A stretch of DNA of 57,754 nt, filler included, from Platydemus manokwari (lineage: Eukaryota): the NCBI GenBank assembly GCA_037951405.1. It is 6 parts of 6 records of this genome, joined end to end, with 100 filler letters (N's around TTAATTAATTAA, not from the genome) between each part and the next. Parts side by side here need not be neighbours in the genome. Positions count along the whole stretch, not along the records: positions 1 to 8,767 come from JBBMOY011353426.1; positions 8,868 to 17,851 come from JBBMOY011319649.1; 4 more parts are not named here. One strand, given 5' to 3'. This document shows positions 1 to 12,257 of this stretch, in pieces (within the stretch, counting starts at the first letter, position 1; each line of letters begins with the position of its first letter). A program made the translations under genes and the position numbers. The notes beneath the pieces were generated by a model. It made no database searches, was not told the origin of the DNA, and worked only from the letters and a program-made list of their open reading frames with translations.

Positions 1-105
1 AATAAAAATCAATAAAATAAAAATCAATAAAATAAAAATCAATAAAATAAAAATCAATAAAATAAAAATCAATAAAACAAAAATCAATAAAACAAAAATC
101 AATGA
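1..105. repeat. 15-bp tandem minisatellite (AATAAAAATCAATAA)x7, truncated by the window edge
   Basis: Five exact copies at 1-75, then two variants (AACAAAAATCAATAA, AACAAAAATCAATGA). Confidence 0.95.
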
Positions 106-329
106 ACAACATTTGGAGATTAATAACATTCTCCTAATTATTTGAAATATCTTAAGGCATTATCATCATTTATTAATTGGTTAATTATATGTATTATTAA
201 TTATCAATAACATATTTCTGTTGCAGTTATTATTTATTATTAAAATATGAAAATTATTTCTGCAAAAGTTGTAATTCGACATACTGCCTTTAACAGGAAA
301 TTCTCTAAAAGTCATTTCTTGTAACTCAC

Positions 330-1250
330 TTAGCAACAAATTCTAGTGGAGTCCAACTGGAAAAGTCAGCAGTGGGCATATTTTTTCTGTTTGCTTCCGT
401 GTCAAGAGTAATTCTAAATTTCTAAATCATGAAAATAAACAGAAATAGTCATCCATACGGTAAAATGGCTGCCACCCATGTTCCGCTCGGTAGAGTGCTA
501 TCTTCAGCTAGAGATTTTGTTAATTGATGTACAGCAGCTTTGACCATTCCATATCCAAGCATTCCTATGATCAAATCATGATCAACAATCATTGTGTCAG
601 TCGTCAATTATTTTTACCTGGCGTAGGTCCTAATGCCACACTGGCTCCTGTCAAAATCAGATGTCCGTTTTCAGTCAGATATTTGCTAGCCAAATGTGCA
701 GAAATAGCCGAGCTCCATAAGCATTGTTTCTCCATCAAATAAACATTCTCCACCATGTCTGAAATACAAAATATCTAATTATTTTTCACCATAATCCATT
801 AATACCTTTATTAGTTTATCAAATTCTTTCAGAATTCAAACACACACATCATTTGTAGATATTTTTTAATCAATTTTCTTGTTATTTATTTAATAATTTA
901 ATAAAATTATAAATAATAATATTATTTTGACCTTCACATTTTGCTGATCCACCAGCCCAACCACCAGCAACACATAGAATGGCTTGGAATTTTTGGTCCA
1001 AATCAGACAACTTTGCCAATATATGGGCATTTTGCTGAACAATGTTTTGTGATGAATCAACAATAATGTTGTAATCAGCTTTCTCATTGGCAAATAGATC
1101 AATCGACGTCACAGCCTTAACATGAAATAATGTGTGTCACTCATTAATAGTCGCAACGAATTTTCTTACAAATTGTTGAGCTTGAAAGATTTCAACACAT
1201 TTTCTCCCTAATGCTCCACACCCTCCATAAATTAATACTCGATTCGTCAT
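330..1250 (-). CDS. QDPR: Dihydropteridine reductase (QDPR/DHPR), 5 exons visible; last exon not found in the window
   Basis: GT-AG exons 1250-1170, 1115-932, 758-618, 564-459, 413-330 splice in frame: [18 protein letters not shown]...[11 protein letters not shown]...[17 protein letters not shown]...[29 protein letters not shown]. Matches QDPR hallmarks (GGxGALG, AGGWAGG, Yxxx[11 protein letters not shown]). The donor after 330 (GTGAGT) has no convincing acceptor exon inside the window. Confidence 0.95.
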
Positions 1251-1959
1251 TTAAATTTTGAAATTTTATTTCAAGGTCAACTAGTAAATTATTGATAAAT
1301 TTAAACAAAACGTGTTTCATTGAAAATATCTTTAAAATTAAATTATTGAAAATTTATAAATGGGATTATAAAGTCCTGATGATTCTTTGCACTCACCAGG
1401 CTATTATTCCATACTCCAAGAATAAAAAAATATACAGCCAGAACACTAATTAACCTAAACATGAGTTTCGATAAAGTTTCTATAAAGCTTCACTTTAATC
1501 TGCTGGTTTTTTAATTGGTGCAATCACTTGTTTTCCTGAATTAGTTTTATTTGAAAGGTGGATTGATTGATAAAGCAAACATTATAGAACAGTTACCTCA
1601 TTGCAGTAGAATAGATATTCTGATTTTTTATTGGACGAATTTATACTTTTTAAGGTTTTCAAACTTTGTATTTTTCTATTTAAGCCTTTTTAATTAATCT
1701 TATTGCTTAAAATAAAATATAGATATTCAATTAAAATTAGTCAATATCATCTCGTTAAATATCAATAATCGTTTGAAAAGATTTATTATACAATTTTAAA
1801 ACATTTTTCTACATTTTAAATGTTGGGTAGGCCACAAAATGTGCCATAATGTTTACAAGAACCAGGGAAATAACCTTAAAAAGGTTGACACATAGATTTC
1901 CGATAAACACCTATGCCAACAACCAATTAGATTTGTTCTGATATTAATTCATATTTAGC

Positions 1960-2672
1960 AGTTTAAAATAGACAGGCATATCAACAGTTGGAAGCAAACT
2001 CAAATATCTGTCATTGGCATAGAAGCAAATGAAACTGTGGGAGAACTCGCATCTCATCTTTCTACTATAGCAGGAAAAGCTTTTGGTCCTAATGTAGATT
2101 GGCTAGCACAATTCAGAAAAGTCGTTGAAGACCAACTTTTAAAAGGTGTTCACAACCACATAAATGCAGTACTTGGTTTGGCCGATTTTCACGATTGCGA
2201 TGAATTCACTAAAAAGCGATGATAGTCGAAATACAATGAACTTCCACCTACAAGCAACCCATAAATTTTGCAATAGAAGCTAAAAATCTTAAACTAGACA
2301 AAATTGAGAGACCTTCTTCAGTTTCATCTCTAACAAGTGATATCCCAAAATGTCAAAACAAAGGATCCGTCATGACATTAAAAAATTCTCGATGATCATC
2401 GGTCACCTTTTGCTCAAAAAGTAGGAGTCAATCAGCTGTTTTAAATGTCACCAAATCGGTATTAACGCAAATAATTGCAAAAATCAAAGAGTCCTCGTTA
2501 ATTCTCAATTAACCAAGTTTTCATACAAATAAGGCAAAACGAATCGCAAAATAAAGAATCTCAAACTTGTTTTCAATGGGGTAGGAGAGGTCATATCTCA
2601 AAATCTCATCCCGAGATACTAAAAACATTCAGGAGCATGTAAACTGTTGCTCATCTGGCAATTTTATGTAAC
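1960..2672 (+). mobile_element. Decayed LTR-retrotransposon gag remnant (capsid-like segment plus degenerate CCHC zinc knuckles)
   Basis: ORF 2037-2222 (GELASHLSTIAGKAF...VVEDQLLKG) resembles Gag capsid. Degenerate knuckles CFKCHQIGINANNC from 2437 and CFQWGRRGHISKSHP from 2568. Stops and frameshifts present. Boundaries approximate. Confidence 0.65.
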
Positions 2673-3136
2673 ATTCAAAAACTTTTTATTCCCCGTTTCA
2701 AGGGCTTTAATATTATATTCGATGCAACATTAATCATTAAAATCTTTTTCAATTCAGTTTCTACTGCCTGACATTAAAATATAAATTGGCAATCAGATAT
2801 TCACAAATTGAATTAGATATTTATATTTAAAAATACTCAATAATCAATTTGAAAATTTTCATCAAGATATTGAATAGTAATTGAGAATTTATCTAATATC
2901 TCAAACCTTTTTTGAAATTTTTCTTTTCTAAATAATTAAATGTAAATTTCATTAAAATTTAAATTATAAAAAATTGTCAGTAAATATTCATTAACCTATA
3001 TATTTTGATAAATATCTAATTGAAAAGTTAAAAACAATAGATTAATTTCACGTAATAAATTATAATTCAAATATTAAGCAACTTGTTTTAAATGCATCGC
3101 GATATCTATATATAGATATTGGTAAGCATTTTAAAT

Positions 3137-5330
3137 ATGACAGAGTCTAACGTGACTATTCCTATTTCAAATTTATCTCAACAAAATACAAAAGAAAATT
3201 CGGCTTCAAAGCATGAATTTTCAGATCGATGTAAGCCTGCGGCTATAAGAAACAGTAATATTTTAGCAGCTAAAGGTGAATAGTAGTTTCATTATAACAC
3301 TTTAAATGACCAAACACATTTAGCTGTTGCTGATGCCATTCGAACTAGCTTGGGTCCCAAAGGAATGGATAAAATGGTTTGTTGATTCATTGTCTGTTAA
3401 TTATATTATCAAACAAAAGATTCAAGAAGGAAAGGGAGATGTAACGATTACAAATGATGGAGCTACAATTCTGAAACGAATGAAATTGGTTCATCCAGCA
3501 GCAAGAATGGTTGATAGATTCATTGATTGGTTTATTGATGATTATTTTCGTTGTACATATATCAGTTAGTAGAACTATCAAAAGCTCAAGATATTGAAGC
3601 CGGTGATGGAACGACAACTGTTGTGGTGTTGGCTGGTTCATTTCTTGATGCGTGTTCGAAACTCCTATCAAAAGGAATACACCCAACAACCATATCTGAT
3701 TCATTTTATCTGGCCTCGAAAAAAGCATCGGAAATCATTGAAGATATGTCTTGTCCTGTTGATATGAGTGATCGGAACAATTTATTAAAAATAGCATCTA
3801 CCTCGTTAAATTCAAAAGTAGTATCTCAGTATTCGTCTGTGCTTTCTCCTATCGCTGTTGATGCTGTATTGAAAATACAAAATGATTCATTGGCGAATTG
3901 CGTCAATTTAGATGATATTAATATTGTTAATAAATTGGGGTATATTTTAGCAATACAAAACTGATTTCATTATAAATGTTATTCCAGAGGAACTGTAGAA
4001 GATACTGAACTGGTAGATGGACTTCTTATTGATAGGCGAGTCGAATCTTTGTGTAACGTATTTAGTGTCGAACATGCCAAAATAGGTTTTATACAATTTT
4101 GCATTGCACCACCCAAAGCTGAGGTTGGGATAAAATTTAATTTTTAAAATTAGTCAAAGCTAATAAAAAATCAATAAATTATTACGCCAGAACATTGATG
4201 AATAAAATTTATTAGATGGAGCAAAGCATAATTGTATCAGATTATACACAAATGGATCGTGTTCTAAAAGATGAAAGAAAGTATATATTGGACATAGTGA
4301 AGAAAATAAAGTCTTCTGGATGCAATGTACTGCTTGTACAAAAGAACGTTTTACGAGATTCTGTAAGCGATTTGGCACTACATTTCTTTAGCAAAATGAA
4401 TATTATGGTTGTGAAATCGATACCGAAAGAAAAAGTGGAATTTATTTGTAAGGTACTCTATTCAGAATATATTAAACAAGTTTTTTGATGGTCTTCTCGA
4501 TTAAGACGATTGGATGTAAACCGATTGGAAGTGTGGAATATTTTACCACTGAATCTCTTGGTGTAGCCAAAAAGGTAGAAGAAATTTCTGTTGGTGCATC
4601 TCGTATTGTTCATGTCACTGGGATTGAACAAGAATATAAAACGGTTTCAATTTTATTGAGAGGTTCAAACAAACTTGTCCTAGATGAAGCTGAGAGATCT
4701 CTGCACGACGCGCTTTGTGTTGTAAGATGTCTTGTTAAAAAGAAGTAATTGAATATGATTTTCCGTACATTTACTGCTGCCATTATTAAATAGAGCACTT
4801 GTTGCTGGTGGAGGAGCACCAGAAATTGAAGTTGGCCAAAAAATGGCCCTTTTTTCTAATTCTTTAATGGGAGAGAATCAGTATTGTTTCCGAGCGTTTG
4901 CCGAAGCAATGGATGTCATTCCGTACACTTTGGCAGAAAACGCTGGATTGAATCCTATTGAGACTGTTACAGAGCTTCGACATATGCATGCAAATGGTCA
5001 TGTCAACGCAGGAATTAATATTAAAAAAGTTATTTTTGACATAAATAATTATGATTATTTTCCACTCAATTAAAATATTTGATTTTTTAATTATTTTAGT
5101 ATCTAATTAAATTGTTTTGATGTTGTAAATCTTGCAGGGTTGTGTCCAAGATATTATGAGTGAAGATGTCATGCAACCTTTGCTTGTCAGTTTAAATGCT
5201 GTTACATTAGCTGCAGAGACTGTTTGTTCAATTCTAAAAATAGATGACGTGGTAAACTTATTATTTTATTTTTATTATTAAATATTAATGATTTTTTTAA
5301 TTTTTAATTAAGGTTGCTGGTTTAGCTTAG
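3137..5330 (+). CDS. CCT4: T-complex protein 1 subunit delta (CCT/TRiC chaperonin), complete, 10 exons
   Basis: Exons 3137-3275, 3324-3376, 3420-3509, 3566-3939, 3988-4123, 4216-4452, 4506-4744, 4794-5028, 5138-5251, 5313-5330 (TAG). Motifs [37 protein letters not shown], and the delta-type [18 protein letters not shown] and [29 protein letters not shown]. Confidence 0.97.
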
Positions 5331-7022
5331 CTACTATCTTTGACTTGATTAAATTTTTATTAGTAAGTACTGTAAAGATTTTAATTTTACTTTCAATTGT
5401 AAAAAATATTGTAAATTGATTCATGATTTTCTTGTATTATTTGTATTTCAGGTAAAACAACTGTTGAAACACCAAATTGAATTTTTGTTCAGTTTGTTTT
5501 AATTTTAAGTTTAGAGTTGACTTGATTATTTGTTTAATTAAATATAATCTTTATTTGACAAGTTTTTTATTAAATCTGCCTTAGAGAAATCTTTTATGGA
5601 AGTATGATATCAATATCCTAGATATTATTATTAAGCAAAGTTATCATAATTTCATTCTTGTATATTAATTATCCATATGCTTCTTGGTATTCACAATTGT
5701 ACATATAACGAATGGTAAATCATTAGGTTTTTGTGTATATTATTTGCATTCTACATTCTGTTTCTGTCCTTTTACAAAAATTGCGTTTTAAAAAGTAGTG
5801 TTTTTCATGAGTTTTTTTAAAAATGAGGGTAGATAAGTTGTCAAAAATTATTTGTTGAATGAAAATATAAATTGAGTTTAATGAGGTTAAAAAACTGACT
5901 TTAAAATTATGTATTAAATGAATATATTTTCAAATATTATGTAAATTCGATATTTTTAATTGATTAGACATTATCCAAGACCTATTGCATTAATCCGAAA
6001 AACAATTATTTGAATTGAGAAATTAAAAATTATTTAGAAATGGTAACTTTTTAATACATTTTAAATAAAAAAATTCGAATTTAATATAGCAAGATTTGAA
6101 ACGTTTATTCTTAGATTTGATATTAAATATGTAGCTATTTTTGTGAGGTCCTGTAGGGCACATCTAATGCATAAAAAGAATTTGGTATTTTTCTTTACAT
6201 TTTCAAATGAATCGCTAATGAAATACAGTTATTGGAATAATTCTAAAATATATAGAGATAAAAGAAAATGATGTCAGAATTCATTATAAATTAGATCTAA
6301 ATAAATGTATATCAATCATTCTAAGAATTATTTAATACATAAATATGTAAATAAAAATGATAGTCCAAAAAATATTAATATTAACAAAATAATTGTGATA
6401 ATAAATAAAAACAAAATTATACTGGGGATGATAATAATAGTAAATATAATTTTAATAGTGGTAAAACAAGAAAATAATATTTATTGAAACACCAAATATA
6501 ACAGAATAATGAATCACAAGTGGTACGATGAGGTATGTGATTTCATCAAGCGGCCTCACTAGAAACAGAAAAGTACAATATCGAAATAACGGCAACAATA
6601 ATTCAATTGAATAATAAACCCTATATAATATATATTGATAAATATATAACTATAAATAAATAAATACAAATAACTCTACAAATAGATAAACAATATAGCT
6701 CTAACATTGCACAATGCTTGATATCCAGATCTTCAAGAGATTATTGGAACATCAAAATTGTTTTCTACAATAAATCTAGTACAATTTTTCATAGAAATGA
6801 TCTCGATAAAGATCTCTATGAAAGCCAACATGTCTGCTCATAGATCTGTCATTGAAGAGGTAGTGTTATATTTATGCACAATGGAGAAATTAACTATTAG
6901 TTGCATTAGATCGAGAATCGAGAGATAATATTAATAATAATAATAATGTTTATGGAAATGCCCATGTATAATAATGTGTTTCAAGGGAGAGATAAATATT
7001 TCGGGATTAACTGATAATTTCG

Positions 7023-7380
7023 TCAATGCCGGAAAACTGGCTGCTGCAATGAAATGAGATTAGCACCTTTAACCGGGAGGAACGAGCAAGAATAATGTCG
7101 AATCATTATTGGTATGCTTGGATATGGCTGTGAATATTGTCCTAGTACGAATTGGCCGTCTTGATCACGAGAAATTTTCATATGTAACCATTTTTGTTTA
7201 TATCTGGAAAAATCATTTCGTCTATTTCAGAAATTTCCCCACTGGAAATCACAAACTAACCTTATCGATAGTGAATATTCATTGACTGAACTTTCACTAC
7301 GTCGAACGAGAAAACTACCTTCTGGGTACTTTGATAATAACTGTTCAGCACCAGCACGGGATAAATGTGGATGAAACCAT
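7023..7380 (-). CDS. SHB/SHD/SHE/SHF-family SH2 adaptor, last two coding exons (C-terminal SH2 domain)
   Basis: Exons 7380-7261 and 7203-7023 (TGA), GT-AG intron of 57 bp: WFHPHLSRAGAEQLLSKYPEGSFLVRRSESSVNEYSLSIRYKQKWLHMKISRDQDGQFVLGQYSQPYPSIPIMIRHYSCSFLPVKGANLISLQQPVFRH*. FLVRxS SH2 signature. HMK...VLGQ.S.P..S.P..I.HY...LP.KGA...L..PV tail is typical of the SHB family. Not in the ORF track. Confidence 0.88.
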
Positions 7381-7490
7381 CTAATAAATATTTGGGAATA
7401 ATACAATTCCAGTGTTCTGAATTATTTTATTTTTCTATTTATTATTATTATTATTATTTTCAATTATTATTGCTTACGGCTTATTTGCAG

Positions 7491-8488
7491 ACAGAGGAGA
7501 CTCCATTACATTATTGCGCTCAAGCTGGAAATTCTGATATACTATTGGAAATCGTCAATTTCTTAGAACACAAAATTCTATTTGCAGTCAACAAACAAGC
7601 AAAAGTTAGCAGATTTCCACATCAATTAAAACAAAATGGAATCATAAAATTTAATTGAATGTTATTTTAGAATGGTTGGTCACCTTTGCTATTTGCTAGC
7701 GATAATGGTCACGATAACATCGTTAATATTCTTTTGAAAAACAATGCCAGGGTCGATGTATTTGATGAGGTGAGATCCTTACAATTTTTGGCAATTCCAA
7801 CTTGAAGTTGGTTGAGAAAATGTGTTGGTTAATTTCTAATTAATACGTCTAATTTGATTAGCATAATTCAGCGAGCTAATTAAATCTTTGAGAAAAGCCC
7901 GATTTAAATAATAAAATAAAATAATAATATTCTTGAATTCAGTAGGGATGTGATTTGTTTTTATTCTGAAGACCTTTTTCCTAGACTTCACTTTACAACA
8001 ATAATATTCTCATTAAGATGTTAATATCTATTTTTTCTTTTTAAATGTCTTATACTAAAAATAATATAAATTATAAAAACAAATTCATAGATTTATATAT
8101 ATATATATATCAATGTAGCATGGAATGACAGCTCTTCATCTGGCTGCAGAAAAGGGTCACATGCATGTTGTGAATGTATTGAAATCACACAAAGCGTTTG
8201 TCAATGCTAAATCTAAAGCCGGATTTACTCCATTGCATTTAGCAGCTCAAAATGGTTTCAAAGATCTGGTGGAATTGCTCATCAAAACTCATAAGGCAAC
8301 TGTTGATGCCCTGACACTGGTAAACCTTATTGTGAAATATATACAAGTTTATTATACATATACTTATATGAATTGTACAGAATAGGAAAACTCCTTTACA
8401 TTTGGCTGCTCAACACGGGAAAACATCTGTGTGTTCATCATTATTACGCTATAAAAAATGCCCAGCAGATCCAAATGCAATGGATTCA
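7491..8488 (+). CDS. nompC: NOMPC/TRPN mechanosensitive channel, four internal ankyrin-repeat exons
   Basis: Phase-0 exons 7491-7604, 7671-7769, 8119-8319, 8381-8488: ETPLHYCAQAGNSDIL...NKQAKNGWSPLL...NNARVDVFDEHGMTALHLAAEKGH...HKAFVNAKSKAGFTPLHLAAQNGF...HKATVDALTLNRKTPLHLAAQHG. The run HYCA.AGN.D.L / ARVDVFD / KAF.N.KS / H.A..D.LTL matches the mid ankyrin spring of NOMPC as I recall it, rather than generic ankyrins. No TM region visible. Confidence 0.8.
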
Positions 8489-8767
8489 GTGAGAATTAAT
8501 TTATCCTCAGTTTTTAATTTATTTTTATTGTTAATATTATTTTTCACTATTATTCTTTGGCTTTTAAAACTTCATCACATAAAAATTAATTTTTAAAAAA
8601 TATAAAATGAGAATTTAAATCTCATTATATTGATATTTTTTATAAACCCAGTTAAATATATTCTTTGCATTCTTTCTAAAGTTAACTTCAGTCATTCAGT
8701 TTCGATAAATTGGATTTTTAAACGTCATTTTTTACTATCTTTTCTTAATGAATAAGAATTTTTATGA

Positions 8768-8867
8768 NNNNNNNNNNNNNNNNNNNNNNNNNNNNNNNNN
8801 NNNNNNNNNNNTTAATTAATTAANNNNNNNNNNNNNNNNNNNNNNNNNNNNNNNNNNNNNNNNNNNN
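8768..8867. other. Artificial contig-join spacer (44N-TTAATTAATTAA-44N)
   Basis: Same 100-bp structure at all five gaps; the linker carries stop codons in all six frames. Confidence 0.97.
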
Positions 8868-9203
8868 TTCATTAAATAAATATTTTAAAAAATGTTTTTG
8901 TTTTTTTTAAAAAAAAGCCGGAATCATACTAATACACCTAATATTTTATTTCTTTTTCACTCTTTATTATCTATAAATAATAATAATACCAATTTATATT
9001 TCTTTTTCCAAAAATAAATCATAGTTCAAAATAATTACAGAATATTCAAAATGTTTTACAATAATAAATCACAAAAAATGTTCATTACTGTTCAAGATAC
9101 AAATATCAATATTCAGAAAAATGTTGAATCAAAAAATGTTCCAGATACAAGTCAGAATATTGATTGAATTGGGATTGACTCCTTGGATCGCAGATGGGAA
9201 TCT

Positions 9204-9476
9204 CTATCGACAACAGGCGTCTGAATCTACGCTCCAGCTTTGGGTAGCCCAATTTCCCCCTGATTTCATTACTACTGCCGCGAGTTTAACTGTTGGTGTT
9301 CCGGGTCTTTTGGGTCTCTGTTTTGGGGGTGTTTTTGGTCTTTTAAACTCAAATGGTTTGTTTTGTTTTTGGGACAGCTGTTGTTGCTGTCTCCTTTCAC
9401 TATATGTTTTTATCGAATATGGCATTTTTTCGTCTTCGCTCTCTTCACTATCTGAATAAAGCACAAGACGTCCCAT
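9204..9476 (-). CDS. Unassigned intronless small ORF, 90 aa (MGRLVLYSDSEESEDEK..., K/P/R-rich); possibly repeat-borne
   Basis: ATG at 9476 with TATAAAT at 9509-9503 upstream; locally higher GC. A diverged homologous segment lies at 32551-32685. Confidence 0.4.
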   Translation of the reverse strand: MGRLVLYSDSEESEDEKMPYSIKTYSERRQQQQLSQKQNKPFEFKRPKTPPKQRPKRPGTPTVKLAAVVMKSGGNWATQSWSVDSDACCR

Positions 9477-11162
9477 GCTATCCCAACAAGCTAAAAATAG
9501 TAATTTATACTTTGGGGACATCAAAAGTCGTAACACATGATGGGAAGTATATAATGTTACTAGAATGTTGAAAGAAAAACATGCATGACATAAATAGAAA
9601 CAGTATATAAATTATATACACCAGTCATTTAACGCCAAAATTTTAAATCACGAAACAGATATTGCATATCTATACTTGAAATATTATATCTATTGGTGCG
9701 AATTTTAATAATTATTCAACCCAGTTATTCTGAAGATATATCATGCAAATGAATAAGTTTTTTTATTGTTTTAATAATTTACTACAGATCCACGATTGTT
9801 TCTAGCCTAAAATTCTTAAGTAATTATATAAACAATTCAAAATATTTTTTTACACTTGAAGTGTTTTGTAAATCTTTTTGGACATATTCGATATCGCGTG
9901 AGTTTGCTTCTGAAATATTTGAAGTCATCGAACATTTACTAAATAATATAAAGATTAATTAAACCATAAGAAAGGTAATCTTTGACCTGATTTCATAATG
10001 ATAAATTTTCACGTACGGTTTAATTTTTTAATTTAATTTTAAATATATGTTAAAATTTACTTTTATTAAGAAATTTATTTGATTGTTGATTGAACTAATA
10101 AATTATATTTCTGTTGTTCCTTATTATTAAACATACATGGGATTGATCCGATATTTTCCAACCGACCTATGTATCAAAACAATCTGTTTAATATTACTTG
10201 TTCCAATAAAATAATTGTAAAAAAGTTTTTTCTATTGCATTTCTTCTTTCTTCTAATGTAAAAGGAAGTCATTCTCGCTAATTTTCATTTATTTAGAATT
10301 TGACCTACTTTGACCTAGTTTTCAAATAATTATTTTCTGTGAAATTTTAAAGGTCTGGTTTATTTAAACTTTGAATTCCAGCTTTCAAATTTTTTTTTAA
10401 TATTTTAACAAAAAATTCCAAATGATTTTAATGAAGCCATCTAGTTTTTTTATCAATTTGCTCAAAAATTTAAAAAGCTACTGGAAAACCATTTATAATT
10501 CAAGTGATATGAAATCAACTGGGATAAATCTAAAAAACAATAAATAAATTTAATAATAATTTATCTATTGAAAAATGTAGTTAAGAAACTGTATTTGTCA
10601 CATTAAGGTATCAAAAAGTAACACTTATTTGATGAAAAAATATTGAATCAGTAATGAAACATTTCATTAATAGCGTTGTAGCAATAATCTTGTAAAACAT
10701 GATTAACAACAGCTGAACATGATCCTCATATAAAGATAATTAAGAGCGTAACACAAATGGAAAAAAACTTGATGAAAATAAGAGATCCTTCTATACTAGC
10801 GAGATAAATTAGTGGTGCTACAGTATGGATTTTAATGATGTATGTTACTCTTTCTAAAAGCGACCCATATTATGGAATCAATACTGATAATCTAATCGAT
10901 TTAAGAATTTTCAATTAACATTACAATCCATTGGCATTTGGATTTGCTTGCCCTCTTTTTCAAAACTCTGTTTTTGAATTTATCTAGTAAAAATTATTGA
11001 CCCATTTATAATTGGCTAGAATTATTATTTTAGAATAAAACAAATCATATGTTTGGTGTTTGTATGGGTATGTTTTGGATGGAAATGAGTTCCAATTTGT
11101 TATGATAATCAATCTTCAAATCTAAATTAAAACGATAACGAAATGAATTTTAAAAATCAGTC

Positions 11163-12257
11163 TCAATCGGTGAGATATTCTCCACCACTATCAATCATTT
11201 CCTTCCATCAATTTGGCAGTTTGTCCATCCCACGTTTGAAGAAGCTTGGTGATTTTTGGTCAAAAAATTCCTCTAGCAACGATGTTTTTGCTTCTTCGTT
11301 TCCAAATATGAGACCAGAAAGATGGTTTGACATGGAGCGGAAAAGATGAAAATCTGTTGAGGCTAAGTCGGGCGAATATGGAATATGGTGAAGAACTTCC
11401 CGGCCAACCTATTCAATAGCAAACTTTGTCATAGTGGTGACATAAGGCCGAGAATTGTCATATTGTAAAATTATCTGGTTCTTATTGGTCCTCTTTGCAT
11501 CAATTGCAGTGAATTCTCGGTTGAGTTGTTTACTATAAAGTTCGAAACTGCTTGTTTGGATTCTTGGCAATTTTTCTTAATGAAAAACACCAACATAGTC
11601 CCATCAAACGTAAAACAAGATTGTGCGTTGTTAAACTTCAGATTTCGCACGTAATTGTGGCTGCTTTTAAGGTCTTTCCCAAGCTTTTTTGTGTTTCAAA
11701 TTTACATACAGTTACTAATTCCCATCACCTGTTACGTTTCTGGAAAAGAAAGATTCGTGTTGCTGCACAGCAGATTGATGGCGAACGAGTAAAGATGCAG
11801 AAATCGAAGCACATTGACTTTTGTGACTCTCTTTCAGATGGTGAGATACCCATGATCCAAGCTTTTGAACTTTTCCCATTTTATTGAGATGTCGAGAAAT
11901 AGAGGTGTGATCCCAATCCGTGGCTTGTCCAGGTGCTCGTGTTGATTGACGCAGATCATCATGAATCAATTCATTCAAACTGTCTTCATTAAAGTTACTA
12001 GATTGGCCTGATTTTCACGTTTGAATTTTGTTCACTGACTGCCTTTTCTTCATAAACGCAACAAATCATTCCAGTAGCTTTATTTTTATCTACCTGACAC
12101 ATCATTTTAATGAGAGTATTGAAAGTGAAAGTAAGTCTAAAATGATTTAAATAAATAATTTAGCTGAATGAATATAACTCAAATCAGTTAAAACAAGAAG
12201 CTGGTTTGTTTTTCTTTGAAACCAATAAAACCGCACGAATTTAAGCACCAATTCTAA
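11163..12257 (-). mobile_element. Mariner transposon remnant with pseudogenised transposase
   Basis: WVSHHL (WVPHEL-like), VTGD, YDNSRPY, YSPDLASTDFHLFRSM, C-terminal DSGGEYLTD*. Internal stops. Mariner-like 5' terminal sequence TA|TTAGAATTGGTGCTTAAATTCGTGCGG ends at 12257; matching 3' TIR not seen. Confidence 0.92.

Noticed and set aside
1-105. Regular repeats as a CRISPR array, also considered for the TTAATTAATTAA linkers
   Set aside because: No unique spacers, eukaryotic context, and the linkers are assembly artefacts.
524-742. Plus-strand ORF and similar antisense ORFs (3387-3728, 4160-4378, 4610-4819, 9121-9459, 11552-11887, 53741-53953)
   Set aside because: Shadows of real exons or transposases on the opposite strand.
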